From an uncultured Gammaproteobacteria bacterium (GTDB lineage Bacteria; Patescibacteriota; Microgenomatia; Levybacterales; UBA12049): a DNA stretch of 64,000 nucleotides. The translations under genes were made by a program, and so were the position numbers. The DNA lies in NCBI GenBank assembly GCA_964474445.1, contig CAYYSJ010000001.1:206530-270529 (forward strand), in the 5' to 3' direction. How positions within the stretch are numbered: the stretch's first letter is position 1; every line of letters starts with the position of its first letter. This document shows positions 10,132 to 21,814 of the stretch, piece by piece. The notes below the pieces were generated by a model that had not been told where the DNA came from, made no database searches, and saw only the letters and a list, made by a program, of their open reading frames with translations.

Positions 10132-10863
10132 ATGGCAGCAGAACTTGCAGCAGAGACACTGTTTCGTATAGGAAATGTCCCTGTTACCAATACCCTTCTT
10201 GAGACACTTCTTGTCGACGGCATTATCATTTCAGGACTAATCACACTGAAAAAACAACTCAAACTCATTCCCTCAACTTTTCAAAACATCGTTGAATTTA
10301 TCATAGAAGGACTCTATGGACTAACAGAACAAGTAGCAGGACACAATGCAAAAAAGATCTTCCCATGGTTTATGTCTTTTTTTGTTTTTATTCTTATCGC
10401 GAACTGGCTATCTCTTCTTCCTGGATTTGGAACAATTGGTTTTCACACAAAGACAGGATTTGTCCCCCTTCTTCGAGGAGCAGGAAGCGATATCAACTTT
10501 ACCTTAGCGCTTGCACTTGTCTCAGCAATCGCAACGCATGTATTGGCAATTCGAACCGTTGGCATTTGGGAATACTTAAGTCGCTATTTCTCTCTTAATC
10601 CCATTTTCCTTTTTGTTGGAATTTTGGAAATTATCTCAGAAATTACAAAAGTCATCTCGCTTTCTTTCCGACTTTTTGGTAATATATTCGCAGGAGAAGT
10701 GGTACTTTCAACAGTAAGTAAAATGTTTGCTTTTGTCTTGCCACTTCCTTTTTTAGGGTTGGAGATTATTGTCGGACTCGTTCAGGCATTGGTTTTCGCA
10801 ATTCTCACAATGGCATTTATGTCTATTCTTATGACACCACATCATGAAGGAGGTGAACACTAA
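10132..10863 (+). CDS. atpB: F0F1 ATP synthase subunit a
   Basis: Multi-transmembrane protein with the conserved LSFRLFGNIFAGE motif carrying the essential Arg. First gene of the atp operon. Confidence 0.9.
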   Translation: MAAELAAETLFRIGNVPVTNTLLETLLVDGIIISGLITLKKQLKLIPSTFQNIVEFIIEGLYGLTEQVAGHNAKKIFPWFMSFFVFILIANWLSLLPGFGTIGFHTKTGFVPLLRGAGSDINFTLALALVSAIATHVLAIRTVGIWEYLSRYFSLNPIFLFVGILEIISEITKVISLSFRLFGNIFAGEVVLSTVSKMFAFVLPLPFLGLEIIVGLVQALVFAILTMAFMSILMTPHHEGGEH

Positions 10864-10866
10864 TAC

Positions 10867-11073
10867 ATGGACTTTACAGTACATGGAGGCCTTATTGTTG
10901 CAATAGGAGGTTTGGGGCCAGCTCTTGGAATTGGACTTATTGGAGCTAAAGCAATGGAAGCATTGGGTCGCAATCCAGAAGCATCTGGAAGAGTTCTTCC
11001 AGCAATGTTACTCGGTATGGCTTTCGCTGAAGCTATTGCTATTTACGGTCTTATTCTCGCTTTCGGAAAATAA
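10867..11073 (+). CDS. atpE: F0F1 ATP synthase subunit c
   Basis: 68-aa hairpin proteolipid. GRNPEA loop. Conserved acidic residue in AFAEAIAIYGL. Confidence 0.9.
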   Translation: MDFTVHGGLIVAIGGLGPALGIGLIGAKAMEALGRNPEASGRVLPAMLLGMAFAEAIAIYGLILAFGK

Positions 11074-11173
11074 ACACTATGTGTCATTCCGAACTTGTTT
11101 CGGAATCTCTTTGTTGAAGACAGTGAGGTTTTAAGTCCGGAAACAAGTTTGGGTTGATAATACCCGTGTAATT

Positions 11174-11674
11174 ATGCAAGATTTATTAAAAAGTTTTGGA
11201 GTCGAGCCAGTACTTTTGGCAGCACAAATTGTTAATTTTTTGATTATTCTTTGGCTACTCAAGAGATTTGCCTACAAACCCATTTTTGACGTCCTTGAAA
11301 AAAGAAGAAAACTTGTTCAGGAAGGCGTTAAAAATGCAGAGAAATCAACTCTTGAGCTTGAAAAAGCATTAGAAGAAGAGAAAGTTATTCTGAAAAAAGC
11401 ACAACAAGAATCACAAACATTACTTGCCGATGCACAAAAACAAGCAGCTGATCTTTTAACAGAAGCCGAGGCTTCAGCAAAAGTGCGAGTAGCAAAGATT
11501 CTTGAAGAAGCAAAGCAAGAGATCGATCGACAAACACAAGAAACAGAAAAACGGTTGGCAGCACATACAGCCCAGCTTGCCGTAGAATTGTTGGAAAAAT
11601 CACTGCAAGGTATGGTAGATAAAAAAACGCAACAAGCTGTCTTGGAGAATGCCTCAAAAAAGTTAAAAGCATAA
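11174..11674 (+). CDS. atpF: F0F1 ATP synthase subunit b
   Basis: Single N-terminal transmembrane helix followed by a long charged coiled-coil (E/K/A/Q-rich). Operon position. Confidence 0.85.
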   Translation: MQDLLKSFGVEPVLLAAQIVNFLIILWLLKRFAYKPIFDVLEKRRKLVQEGVKNAEKSTLELEKALEEEKVILKKAQQESQTLLADAQKQAADLLTEAEASAKVRVAKILEEAKQEIDRQTQETEKRLAAHTAQLAVELLEKSLQGMVDKKTQQAVLENASKKLKA

Positions 11675-11675
11675 T

Positions 11676-12029
11676 ATGACAAAAAAACAAATAACACAAT
11701 TAGTACAAGCAAGTTATACAAAAAATTCCCTTGATAAGAAAACGATAGAAAGAATTGCAACACTTCTTTCCCGTGCTGATTTAAAACAATACATTAGAGC
11801 ACTCAAACTTTCTGAAAAAGCCAAAACAATTTCTCTTGTCTTACCGGATGCAACAGTATATAATAGTGCTAAGAAAAGCTTTGAATCATTGTTTACAGAC
11901 AAAAGAATCGTTGTAGAAGAAGATCCTTCCCTTCTTCTTGGAATAAAAGTTATAGACAATGATATCGTCTATGATCTCAGTCTGAAAAATAGTTTAGAGT
12001 CATTCGCAAAAGAAGTGGCAGAAAGTTAG
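11676..12029 (+). CDS. atpH: F0F1 ATP synthase subunit delta (short form, 117 aa)
   Basis: Positioned between atpF and atpA. Shorter than the canonical delta (about 180 aa), as is common in reduced genomes. Confidence 0.6.
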   Translation: MTKKQITQLVQASYTKNSLDKKTIERIATLLSRADLKQYIRALKLSEKAKTISLVLPDATVYNSAKKSFESLFTDKRIVVEEDPSLLLGIKVIDNDIVYDLSLKNSLESFAKEVAES

Positions 12030-12032
12030 AAT

Positions 12033-13544
12033 ATGGACAGTAACGATATTTTAAAACAACTAGAAACAAAATTAAGTTCATTTGAAACCTCAACCAAACA
12101 ACAAAATGTTGGGACAGTCGAGCAAATTGGCGATAACGTGATTGTTGCATCAGGACTCTCAAAAGCACAAATGGGTGAACAAGTTGTTTTTGAAGACGGT
12201 ACCACAGGTCTTATCCTTAATCTTGATGAAGATTCAGTTTCTATTGTTTTACTCGGAAGAGGAGAAGGAATTAAAGAAGGAGATACTGTTAAAACAACCG
12301 GAAGACTTCTTACCATTACCGCCTCAGACGAATTACTTGGACGTGTTATTAACCCAGTCGGTATTGCACTTGATGGAAAAGCAAGTGTCAAAAAAGGAAA
12401 AGAAATGCCTCTTGAAAGAATTGCAGCAGGTGTTATTGCAAGACAACCGGTGGATACTCCTTTAAAGACCGGTATCAAAGCGATTGATTCATTGATTCCA
12501 ATTGGTCGTGGGCAACGAGAACTTATTATTGGCGATCGAGGTCTTGGAAAAACAGCTATTGCAATTGATACCATTATTAATCAAAAAGAAGCAAATAGTG
12601 GTGGAAAAAGAGTTCTGTGTGTTTATGTTGCAATTGGACAAAAACAAAGTACTGTTGCACAAGTTGTTGAAAAGCTGAAAGAGACAGGTGCAATGGATTA
12701 CACCATTGTTGTTAACGCTGGGGCAGCAGATCCAGCATCCCTCCAGTACTTAGCCCCTTATGCGGGTGTTGCTATTGCTGAATATTTCCTGGAAAAAGGC
12801 GAGGATGTTCTGGTAGTCTATGATGACCTTACGAAACATGCATGGGCATATCGCAACCTTTCTCTTGTTTTGAAAAGACCAGCTGGAAGAGAAGCATATC
12901 CAGGAGACATTTTCTACCTTCACTCACGACTACTCGAGAGAGCGGTAAAGTTAAATAAAGACTTTGGCGGCGGATCAATTACCGCGCTCCCTGTTATTGA
13001 AACACAAGCAAATGATATTTCAGCATACATTCCAACCAATGTTATTTCCATTACCGATGGACAAATCTTTTTAGTTTCAGACCTTTTTAATGCAGGTATT
13101 CGCCCAGCTATTGACGTTGGAAATTCTGTGTCAAGAGTTGGAGGAGCAGCACAGACAGGCGCTATGAAGTCTGTTTCAGGCAGAATTAAACTGGAACTTG
13201 CTCAGTACCGGGAACTAGCAGTCTTTGCACAATTTGGATCAGAGCTTGACGCAGCAACCATGAATCAGCTCGAAAGAGGAAAGCGATTAACTGAAGTGTT
13301 AAAGCAGCCTCAGTATAATCCACTTCCAGAGGCATTTGAAATTCTTTCTATTTGGGCTGTTACCAATGGATATTTAAATGATGTGCCAGTTGAAGATGTT
13401 TTGAGGTTTGAAAAAGAATATCACAATTATGTGAAAACCCATGGAAAAAAACTTTTGGAAACGCTTTCATCTGGTAAAAAAATCGATGATGCAACAACAG
13501 AAGAATTAAAGAAAATTACAGTAACATTCAAAAAAACGTTCTAA
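12033..13544 (+). CDS. atpA: F0F1 ATP synthase subunit alpha
   Basis: P-loop GDRGLGKT (reads [11 protein letters not shown]). Alpha-subunit conserved blocks. 503 aa. Confidence 0.95.
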   Translation: MDSNDILKQLETKLSSFETSTKQQNVGTVEQIGDNVIVASGLSKAQMGEQVVFEDGTTGLILNLDEDSVSIVLLGRGEGIKEGDTVKTTGRLLTITASDELLGRVINPVGIALDGKASVKKGKEMPLERIAAGVIARQPVDTPLKTGIKAIDSLIPIGRGQRELIIGDRGLGKTAIAIDTIINQKEANSGGKRVLCVYVAIGQKQSTVAQVVEKLKETGAMDYTIVVNAGAADPASLQYLAPYAGVAIAEYFLEKGEDVLVVYDDLTKHAWAYRNLSLVLKRPAGREAYPGDIFYLHSRLLERAVKLNKDFGGGSITALPVIETQANDISAYIPTNVISITDGQIFLVSDLFNAGIRPAIDVGNSVSRVGGAAQTGAMKSVSGRIKLELAQYRELAVFAQFGSELDAATMNQLERGKRLTEVLKQPQYNPLPEAFEILSIWAVTNGYLNDVPVEDVLRFEKEYHNYVKTHGKKLLETLSSGKKIDDATTEELKKITVTFKKTF

Positions 13545-13658
13545 AAGTATTGAAGATAGACAATAGAAAGTAGATTGTAGATTTTGATGATAGAAAATAG
13601 AAAATCTATTCTCTACCTTCAATATCCGCTTTCCATATTCTATTTCTAAATAATATCT

Positions 13659-15948
<2,290 letters not shown>

Positions 15949-16002
15949 TTGATCGTTCACTTGTGACAAGGTTCTGCTTTGAACAATCAACCCTAAACCG
16001 CT

Positions 16003-16413
16003 ATGACGTTACACATTAAAGTTGCTACCCCAGAAAAAGAAATTCTTTCAGAAGAGGTTGACGAAATCGTTGTTCCAACAACAACAGGAGAGTTATCAAT
16101 TCTTCCAGAACACGTTGCCTTACTCACGCAATTGACACCGGGAGAAATGCAAATTAAAAAAGGCAACAAGATTGAACATCTTGTTGTTGAAGGAGGGTTT
16201 TTAGAAGTTGGAAATAACACAGTCACCGTTCTTGCAGATTACGCCGTATTTGGCAAAGACATTTCTGAATCAGAAGCACAGAAAGCAAAAGAGCGAGCAG
16301 AAAAAGCAATGAAAGAGAAAAAGTCAGATGTTGATTTTGCAATGGCAGAGGCAGAGTTTAGACGAGCAATCCTTGAACTTAAAGTTGCAAAACGCACCAA
16401 ACACACAGTCTAA
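16003..16413 (+). CDS. atpC: F0F1 ATP synthase subunit epsilon
   Basis: 136 aa. N-terminal beta-sandwich (LHIKVATPEKEI) plus C-terminal helical hairpin. Last gene of the operon. Confidence 0.88.
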   Translation: MTLHIKVATPEKEILSEEVDEIVVPTTTGELSILPEHVALLTQLTPGEMQIKKGNKIEHLVVEGGFLEVGNNTVTVLADYAVFGKDISESEAQKAKERAEKAMKEKKSDVDFAMAEAEFRRAILELKVAKRTKHTV

Positions 16414-16482
16414 ATTTCTACTTTTACTATCCTCTTACCGACCCAGCTCTTATTTACTACAAAATAATTTTATTTTTGGTAC

Positions 16483-16746
16483 GTGGAAAGAATAAGGGTA
16501 CATCGCGTAAATTGTATTGGTGGCGTATGGGGAGACCCAGATCCATTAACAGGTCCAGACTGGATAAATCATGACGAAATGGTAAGAAGGACTATCGAAA
16601 GACATACAGGTCAACCTCTTCCTCGTGAAACATTTGAAAACGAATATATCTATCGCATGAATTTTAAACCAGATAAAAAAGGTCTACCACAAGATGGCGT
16701 ACCAGGAACAGTAAGTATCTCCTACAAAAGAAGGAAAAGAAAATAA
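16483..16746 (+). CDS. hypothetical small protein (87 aa, GTG start), basic C-terminus
   Basis: ORF with atypical composition. No motif. Could be spurious. Confidence 0.3.
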   Translation: MERIRVHRVNCIGGVWGDPDPLTGPDWINHDEMVRRTIERHTGQPLPRETFENEYIYRMNFKPDKKGLPQDGVPGTVSISYKRRKRK

Positions 16747-16892
16747 ACTATCATCCTACTCACTGATTACTTCTATTGCAAATAAAGTCTCGTAGATTAC
16801 CATAACCATTTCTTCTGATAAAATGCAATGGTTATGGCAGATGTCAGAAAAGCTTTTTATACCCAGATCAACCTGATAGATCAAGACACCGC

Positions 16893-17204
16893 ATGTGTGC
16901 TGCTGGTCAACGTAGAGCTGCAAAAGAAGGTTTAAAGCTTCTTCGAGAAGACAAAATAGGCATTCAGGATCCTGAAGTTACTGAGATTTTAACAAGAGGT
17001 GGAAGAGCTGCTGATCAACTCCGAAGAGGAATTAGAACCAATAAGCATAAGGTTATCTCTGCAGTTGTGACACAAGCTTATGCAGATGGTGAACTAGAAG
17101 AATTTGTGAGTCGTAATGGGGACTTTATATTAGAGACCCATGATGGCATTCACTTACAAAGAAATATTGTAGAAGAAGAATCTAATGGAAAACAAATATA
17201 CTAA
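16893..17204 (+). CDS. hypothetical protein (103 aa)
   Basis: ORF preceded by a perfect 11-bp inverted repeat (16800-16837). Atypical composition. Confidence 0.35.
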   Translation: MCAAGQRRAAKEGLKLLREDKIGIQDPEVTEILTRGGRAADQLRRGIRTNKHKVISAVVTQAYADGELEEFVSRNGDFILETHDGIHLQRNIVEEESNGKQIY

Positions 17205-17624
17205 TTACTCTTTAAAATAAACATTCATTGCCTTTTGTTGATAGTCTGTCATGTCTACCTCTTTCATTGTACCTTTACCAACCCACCTATATTCCGAATG
17301 CTCATGACTTAGTAAAACATTTTGGGTCTGGTCTTTTAAACGACAAATAAAGAAAATTTCGACTCGATGAATTTTCTCTCCAGGTTTTTCCATAAAATAA
17401 TCATCAACATAAAATGGATTTCCTACTTCTACATCGAGTCCCGTTTCTTCCTTGATTTCACGTTGTACTGCAAGGATCGGGTGCTCGCCAAAATCTGTTC
17501 CTCCACCTGGAACCTCCCAGTATCCAGGCAAGAATTCATCATCTTCTGATCTTTTTACCACTAACACTTCCTTTTTTTCATTGGTAATAAATCCACTCAC
17601 ACAAGCTTGTTGAAATTGTTTCAT
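17205..17624 (-). CDS. NUDIX hydrolase
   Basis: Nudix box GGGTDFGEHPILAVQREIKEETGL (GX5EX7REUXEEXGU). Start placed at the internal Met (MKQFQQ), which avoids overlap with the next gene. The ORF track extends to 17726. Confidence 0.8.
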   Translation of the reverse strand: MKQFQQACVSGFITNEKKEVLVVKRSEDDEFLPGYWEVPGGGTDFGEHPILAVQREIKEETGLDVEVGNPFYVDDYFMEKPGEKIHRVEIFFICRLKDQTQNVLLSHEHSEYRWVGKGTMKEVDMTDYQQKAMNVYFKE

Positions 17625-17683
17625 ACTTAGGAGTATACCAAATTTATCTTGACTAGCACATATACAGCAAGTACTATTGTTGT

Positions 17684-17926
17684 ATGAAGAAATTTTTAAT
17701 AGAAACAGCAGGATGGTATGGAACAATCGTAATTTTGGGTGCTTACGCGTTAGTAAGTTTTAACCTTCTTAAATCTGCGAGTCTTACTTACCAGCTACTT
17801 AATATTACCGGATCACTTGGCATTCTTGTTGTGTCACTCACTAAAAGACTTTATCAATCTGTTGTTTTAAATATTATCTGGGGAATTGTTGGACTCATTG
17901 CAATCATCAGCCTCCTTCATAAATAA
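17684..17926 (+). CDS. small membrane protein (80 aa, 2 predicted TM helices)
   Basis: Hydrophobic ORF immediately upstream of lexA on the same strand. Confidence 0.4.
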   Translation: MKKFLIETAGWYGTIVILGAYALVSFNLLKSASLTYQLLNITGSLGILVVSLTKRLYQSVVLNIIWGIVGLIAIISLLHK

Positions 17927-17966
17927 GACCTTCTTTTTGATATCATCTGATCTATTGACTCTTTCA

Positions 17967-17976
17967 TACGATCGTA
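17967..17976 (+). promoter_or_regulatory. perfect 10-bp palindrome TACGATCGTA, 14 nt upstream of lexA start; candidate LexA operator
   Basis: Palindrome read directly from the sequence. Its CGATCG core is shared with sites upstream of dnaE and lepB. Confidence 0.35.
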
Positions 17977-17989
17977 CTATTGTAGAGAT

Positions 17990-18556
17990 ATGGACATCAA
18001 CAAAGCAATCGAAATGATTAGAAAGTTTTTTGTGCAACACAAAAGAATGCCAAGCTACAGCGAACTCTCTACTCTTTTTGGTTATACAACAAAAGCAAGT
18101 AGCCAGTATTTAGTAAAAAAGCTTTTAGAAGCAGGTGTGTTGGAAAAAGACGAACATGGGAAATTACTTCCCAAAAATCTTTTTACAATCCCCAACCTTG
18201 GGATTATTAAAGCAGGCTATCCAACAGTTGCAGACATGCAGTCAGATGCAATTGATGTCTACGATTACTTGCTCAATAGACCAGGTACTATTTTCTCACT
18301 CACTGTAAAAGGAGACTCTATGATAGACGAGGGGATTCATGAAGGAGATATTGTGATTGTTGAGAAAGAAAGAAGTCCAAAAAATGGAGATATAGTTGCT
18401 GCAAACGTCGATGGAGAATGGACAGTGAAATATTACCACAACAGTTTTGGAGATGTTACGCTTCTACCTGCTAATAAGCGCTACCCAGCTATTAAGCCAC
18501 GAGAGTCTTTGGAGATTGGAGGTGTCGTCGTCAGCGTGATACGAAAGTACCGCTAA
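17990..18556 (+). CDS. lexA: LexA-family transcriptional repressor (S24 peptidase)
   Basis: N-terminal winged HTH. Ala-Gly cleavage site (IIKAGYP). Ser nucleophile in KGDSM. Catalytic Lys near the C-terminus (VIRKY). 188 aa. Confidence 0.85.
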   Translation: MDINKAIEMIRKFFVQHKRMPSYSELSTLFGYTTKASSQYLVKKLLEAGVLEKDEHGKLLPKNLFTIPNLGIIKAGYPTVADMQSDAIDVYDYLLNRPGTIFSLTVKGDSMIDEGIHEGDIVIVEKERSPKNGDIVAANVDGEWTVKYYHNSFGDVTLLPANKRYPAIKPRESLEIGGVVVSVIRKYR

Positions 18557-18558
18557 GT

Positions 18559-18801
18559 ATGACAGACATTAATGAACCAATAAGTGTTCTTACTGTTTTT
18601 GACGCAGAAAAAAAATGTGTACTGCCCCGCAAATTCAAATGGAGAGGAAGAATATACAAAGTGAAGGAAGTGAATCTCTACTACACGAAAGCATTCAGTT
18701 CAGTTTTACACCATCTTTTCTCAGTCACGGATGGGAATACAGCCTTTTACCTTTCCATGAATTCCCAAACACTCACTTGGAAACTCCTGGAAATCTCCTG
18801 A
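18559..18801 (+). CDS. hypothetical small basic protein (80 aa) co-transcribed with lexA
   Basis: Starts 3 nt after the lexA stop. No known motif. An overlapping ORF in another frame (18615-18902) was judged spurious. Confidence 0.4.
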   Translation: MTDINEPISVLTVFDAEKKCVLPRKFKWRGRIYKVKEVNLYYTKAFSSVLHHLFSVTDGNTAFYLSMNSQTLTWKLLEIS

Positions 18802-19057
18802 TTTCTTTTAGAAAATTGCAGACAAATATCACCAAACTAACAAAGATTTTTGAAGTAAAAATTTTCCCTTCGATGCATACCTTAATGCGTCTTTTTCTTT
18901 AAGATAATCTTGTATGGATTTATATTGTCTTCTTTCACTTGGAAATATTCTTTTCCGTCTGAGAAAAAACTTACTTTTAGCAATAATTTAGGATGAGCGC
19001 CAAAAGAGCGGGAAAAATTTTCTTGATAAAACTTTATCAAATCAGAAATTTTTTTGA

Positions 19058-19636
19058 TTAAGCTGTCAGTGCTTGTCGTAACTCATCTAACTTCCCTGTT
19101 GTTTGAATGCGAAGAATTTTAAGAGCTAGTTCTTTATCACGAAAGTTGGGATTTGCAGCAAGTGTAATAAATTCATCAAAGGTTACTTCTTGTATTTCTA
19201 TTTTTTCTCCTGCATCAAGATGAGGCTCTTGTATTTTTTTGCATTCTCTTGCAACAAAGATAAAAATAGCCCAATCAATTTTTGTCGTTGGCTGAACAGC
19301 ATTAAATAATTCCCACTCATTACTAGTATATCCTGTCTCTTCAAGTAATTCCCGCTGGGCAGCAGAAAATGGTTTTTCCCCTTCATCTATAATGCCGCCT
19401 GGAAGACCAATAAATGGCTTTATACTAGGCTGTTCTTGGTATGTTACGAGTATCTTTTTATCTTCGGTAACTGCAATAACGCCAACAGTATCTCGCCTGG
19501 CAATTTTTTCAAAAGTCTCCTTGCTTCCATCATACATCTCCTGCTCCCACTGATAGACACTAAATAACTTTCCTTGAAAGACTTTTTTTGCATGAGAAGG
19601 AAGCGGTTGATTTGATTGTGGACGGATAATGTTCAT
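19058..19636 (-). CDS. NUDIX hydrolase (192 aa), ADP-ribose pyrophosphatase-like
   Basis: Nudix box GLPGGIIDEGEKPFSAAQRELLEETGY. Confidence 0.8.
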   Translation of the reverse strand: MNIIRPQSNQPLPSHAKKVFQGKLFSVYQWEQEMYDGSKETFEKIARRDTVGVIAVTEDKKILVTYQEQPSIKPFIGLPGGIIDEGEKPFSAAQRELLEETGYTSNEWELFNAVQPTTKIDWAIFIFVARECKKIQEPHLDAGEKIEIQEVTFDEFITLAANPNFRDKELALKILRIQTTGKLDELRQALTA

Positions 19637-19793
19637 ATCCGTATTATAAACTATTTCTGTATGTTAAAGAAAATCGTAATTTCTAAAACACTTCCAACCC
19701 CGTATTCCCACTTGATATCTGTTTGATTGTTGCCTCAGTTAGCAGTTGCAACAAGTAGGCAAGCAAACAATGACAGAGGAGTAATAAAAGTCT

Positions 19794-20414
19794 TTATATA
19801 TCTTTCAGAGAAAATTCTGCAATTAGTTCACGGCATGTTCCATGCTCTCCCATTACAAAGACGCCAACTTTACTTACTAAAAATCGCGGAAGGCTCCATC
19901 TCGCTTTTCTTTTGATAAGTTGTCCATCTAACTCACTTTTCATGCGAAGAAGAGTGAGGTGCGGATGAAAGTTAACGATTCCTACAGACCCATACTTTTC
20001 TAATGATTGTAAACTTCCAAGTGACAAATCCATTCGATAATCTCTTCCTTCCTCAAATGTCTCCTCAACTTGTACCTCTCGAAGTGAGGCAACCGCTGAT
20101 ACAAGCTTTTCCTGCATTAGCTTCACATCTGGGATAAGACCAAATTCAAGGTTTACAAATCCTTGCGACTCTGTAATCTCCTTTAGGGTCAAATACACTT
20201 CTGAAAAAGTTGCAACCTCTTTTTCTACAATGTCAAGAACTTCAGGTATTTTTTCTTCTACAATAACAGGAGCATAGAGGGTAACGTGGGGAAGAACAGT
20301 AATACCATCTAAAAAGAAGTAGGTATCTGTATTTTTTCCAAGAGACGAAGCAATTGCAATTGCTTCATGTTCTACTTCTTTTGATAACCGAAGTGCAATA
20401 TTAATACGTACCAT
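19794..20414 (-). CDS. 2H phosphoesterase superfamily protein (LigT / 2'-5' RNA ligase-like)
   Basis: Two H-x-T-x motifs (LPHVTLY and HPHLTLL) at the spacing typical of 2H enzymes. 206 aa. Confidence 0.7.
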   Translation of the reverse strand: MVRINIALRLSKEVEHEAIAIASSLGKNTDTYFFLDGITVLPHVTLYAPVIVEEKIPEVLDIVEKEVATFSEVYLTLKEITESQGFVNLEFGLIPDVKLMQEKLVSAVASLREVQVEETFEEGRDYRMDLSLGSLQSLEKYGSVGIVNFHPHLTLLRMKSELDGQLIKRKARWSLPRFLVSKVGVFVMGEHGTCRELIAEFSLKDI

Positions 20415-20421
20415 AGATCCT

Positions 20422-21411
20422 TTATCCTAGGATAGAATAGCCTTGTTCATCAGGAGAAAGGCGTAAAAATTTATTCGCAAGTTCGAGAGCCTCTTCATAG
20501 GAGTTTGTCTCCATAAACTGTGCACGCATCTCACTTGCTCCTTCAAAATCTGCAATATAAATTTTGAAATATTTTTTTAGAACTTGAAAGTTCTTTTTTT
20601 TATCCCATACCTTTTCATAGAGAACAACATGCTGCTGTAAAAGCTCAAGACGTTCTTTTATCGATTTCGTTTGTGGATCAATACCTAAAAAAAGCCAAGG
20701 ATTATGAAAAATCCCTCGCCCTATCATAATGCCATCAAGCCCATATTGCTGAACTTTTTGTTTAGCTTCTTCTAAACTTTGTACATCTCCATTGCCAAAG
20801 ATGAGTGTCGGTTTTTTCATTTCTGTCCGAAGTACTGCTGCTTTCCCTATTTCGTCCCAATGCGCTGGGACTTTAGACATTTCGGCAGCCGTTCTGCCAT
20901 GGACTGTGATAAGTGGTAAGTTTTGTTCTAGCAAAAATCCTATCCATTCTTCTGTCTGGGTTTTTGAAAATCCAATCCGAGTTTTAACAGATACTGGCAA
21001 ATCTCCAGCTCCTTCTCGTGCTGCTTCTATAATTTCTTTGGCAAGTGGTTTGTTTTTAATAAGTGCACTACATGCACCATGCCTTGTTACATCCCTTTGT
21101 GGACACCCCATATTCAAATCTATCCCGTCAAATCCCATTGCCACAATTCGCTTTGCTGCCAAGTAAAAGTTCTCAGGAGTTACTCCCCAAATTTGTGCAA
21201 TGAGGGGTTTTTCATCTTTCTCAAATTGCAATCGTTGGCTTACTTTTTCATCACCGGCAGAGTTCATGCCATCGACATTGGTAAATTCAGTAAAGAAGAT
21301 ATCAGGTCGACCACAAGATATAACAATCTGGCGAAAAACAGTATCCGTTACATCTTCCATCGGAGCAAGACTAAAAATTGGTTTTGGTAATTTGTCCCAA
21401 ATAGTTTCCAT
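20422..21411 (-). CDS. dus: tRNA-dihydrouridine synthase
   Basis: IFSLAPMEDVTDTVFR N-terminus. TIM-barrel FMN motifs (IDLNMGCP). Start placed at METIWDKL. The ORF track extends to 21489. Confidence 0.88.
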   Translation of the reverse strand: METIWDKLPKPIFSLAPMEDVTDTVFRQIVISCGRPDIFFTEFTNVDGMNSAGDEKVSQRLQFEKDEKPLIAQIWGVTPENFYLAAKRIVAMGFDGIDLNMGCPQRDVTRHGACSALIKNKPLAKEIIEAAREGAGDLPVSVKTRIGFSKTQTEEWIGFLLEQNLPLITVHGRTAAEMSKVPAHWDEIGKAAVLRTEMKKPTLIFGNGDVQSLEEAKQKVQQYGLDGIMIGRGIFHNPWLFLGIDPQTKSIKERLELLQQHVVLYEKVWDKKKNFQVLKKYFKIYIADFEGASEMRAQFMETNSYEEALELANKFLRLSPDEQGYSILG

Positions 21412-21463
21412 GAAGCCAATTGTACACAAAAAAAAGCTGCAAAGCCACTGTAAGTCTGCAAAA

Positions 21464-21730
21464 TTACAAGTTAGAGAAGGAGTGGGCAAGCAATTTTAAA
21501 TTACGCTGTTGAGCAGATGAAAGCCTGGGGGAAAGAGAATCAACAAATTCATTTACTGACTTTTGTACAGATTTTTGTAGCTCCGTATAATAGTCACTCT
21601 GACTTGCATATGCTGGAGATAATTGTTTTTGACACTGTTTAATAAAATCAGCAATAAAGGCCTCTTTATCTCCTTCATACTCTGCCAAAACAAGCATTTG
21701 AAAAAGTGTTTGCCGGATAGTATCTATCAT
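21464..21730 (-). CDS. hypothetical small protein (88 aa)
   Basis: ORF upstream of dus. No motif. Confidence 0.3.
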   Translation of the reverse strand: MIDTIRQTLFQMLVLAEYEGDKEAFIADFIKQCQKQLSPAYASQSDYYTELQKSVQKSVNEFVDSLSPRLSSAQQRNLKLLAHSFSNL

Positions 21731-21814
21731 AAATTGCCTTATAGTACTTGATCAAGATACTAGCGAAGGAAGGATACGAATTAAGTGAAGAATTGGTAAG
21801 AAGTGGGAAAGAAA

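Noticed and set aside
12026-12574. 182-aa ORF antisense to atpA, and many other 60-150-aa antisense ORFs listed in the ORF track (for example 1693-1896, 5265-5592, 7824-8288, 14874-15149, 20792-21499, 24273-24512)
   Set aside because: They lie opposite strongly supported housekeeping genes. They have low-complexity Ser/Leu/Cys-rich composition typical of antisense frames in AT-rich DNA, and no motifs.
13592-13614. Imperfect hairpin (AGAAAATAGA-AAA-TCTATTCTCT) in the atpA-atpG spacer
   Set aside because: It has one mismatch and a 3-nt loop, it is AT-only, and it has no downstream U-run. It is unlikely to be a terminator and may be a weak intra-operon processing or attenuation element at best.
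16835-16936. 33-codon ORF (MADVRKAFYTQINLIDQDTACVLLVNVELQKKV)
   Set aside because: It is too short and overlaps the inverted repeat. I mention it only in the context of that hairpin.
18615-18902. 95-aa ORF overlapping the lexA-downstream small gene in another frame (possible frameshifted pseudogene)
   Set aside because: Its composition is poor (many Ser/Leu/Phe). The frame-1 ORF 18559-18801 looks more protein-like and is coupled to lexA. I see no clear evidence of a frameshift.
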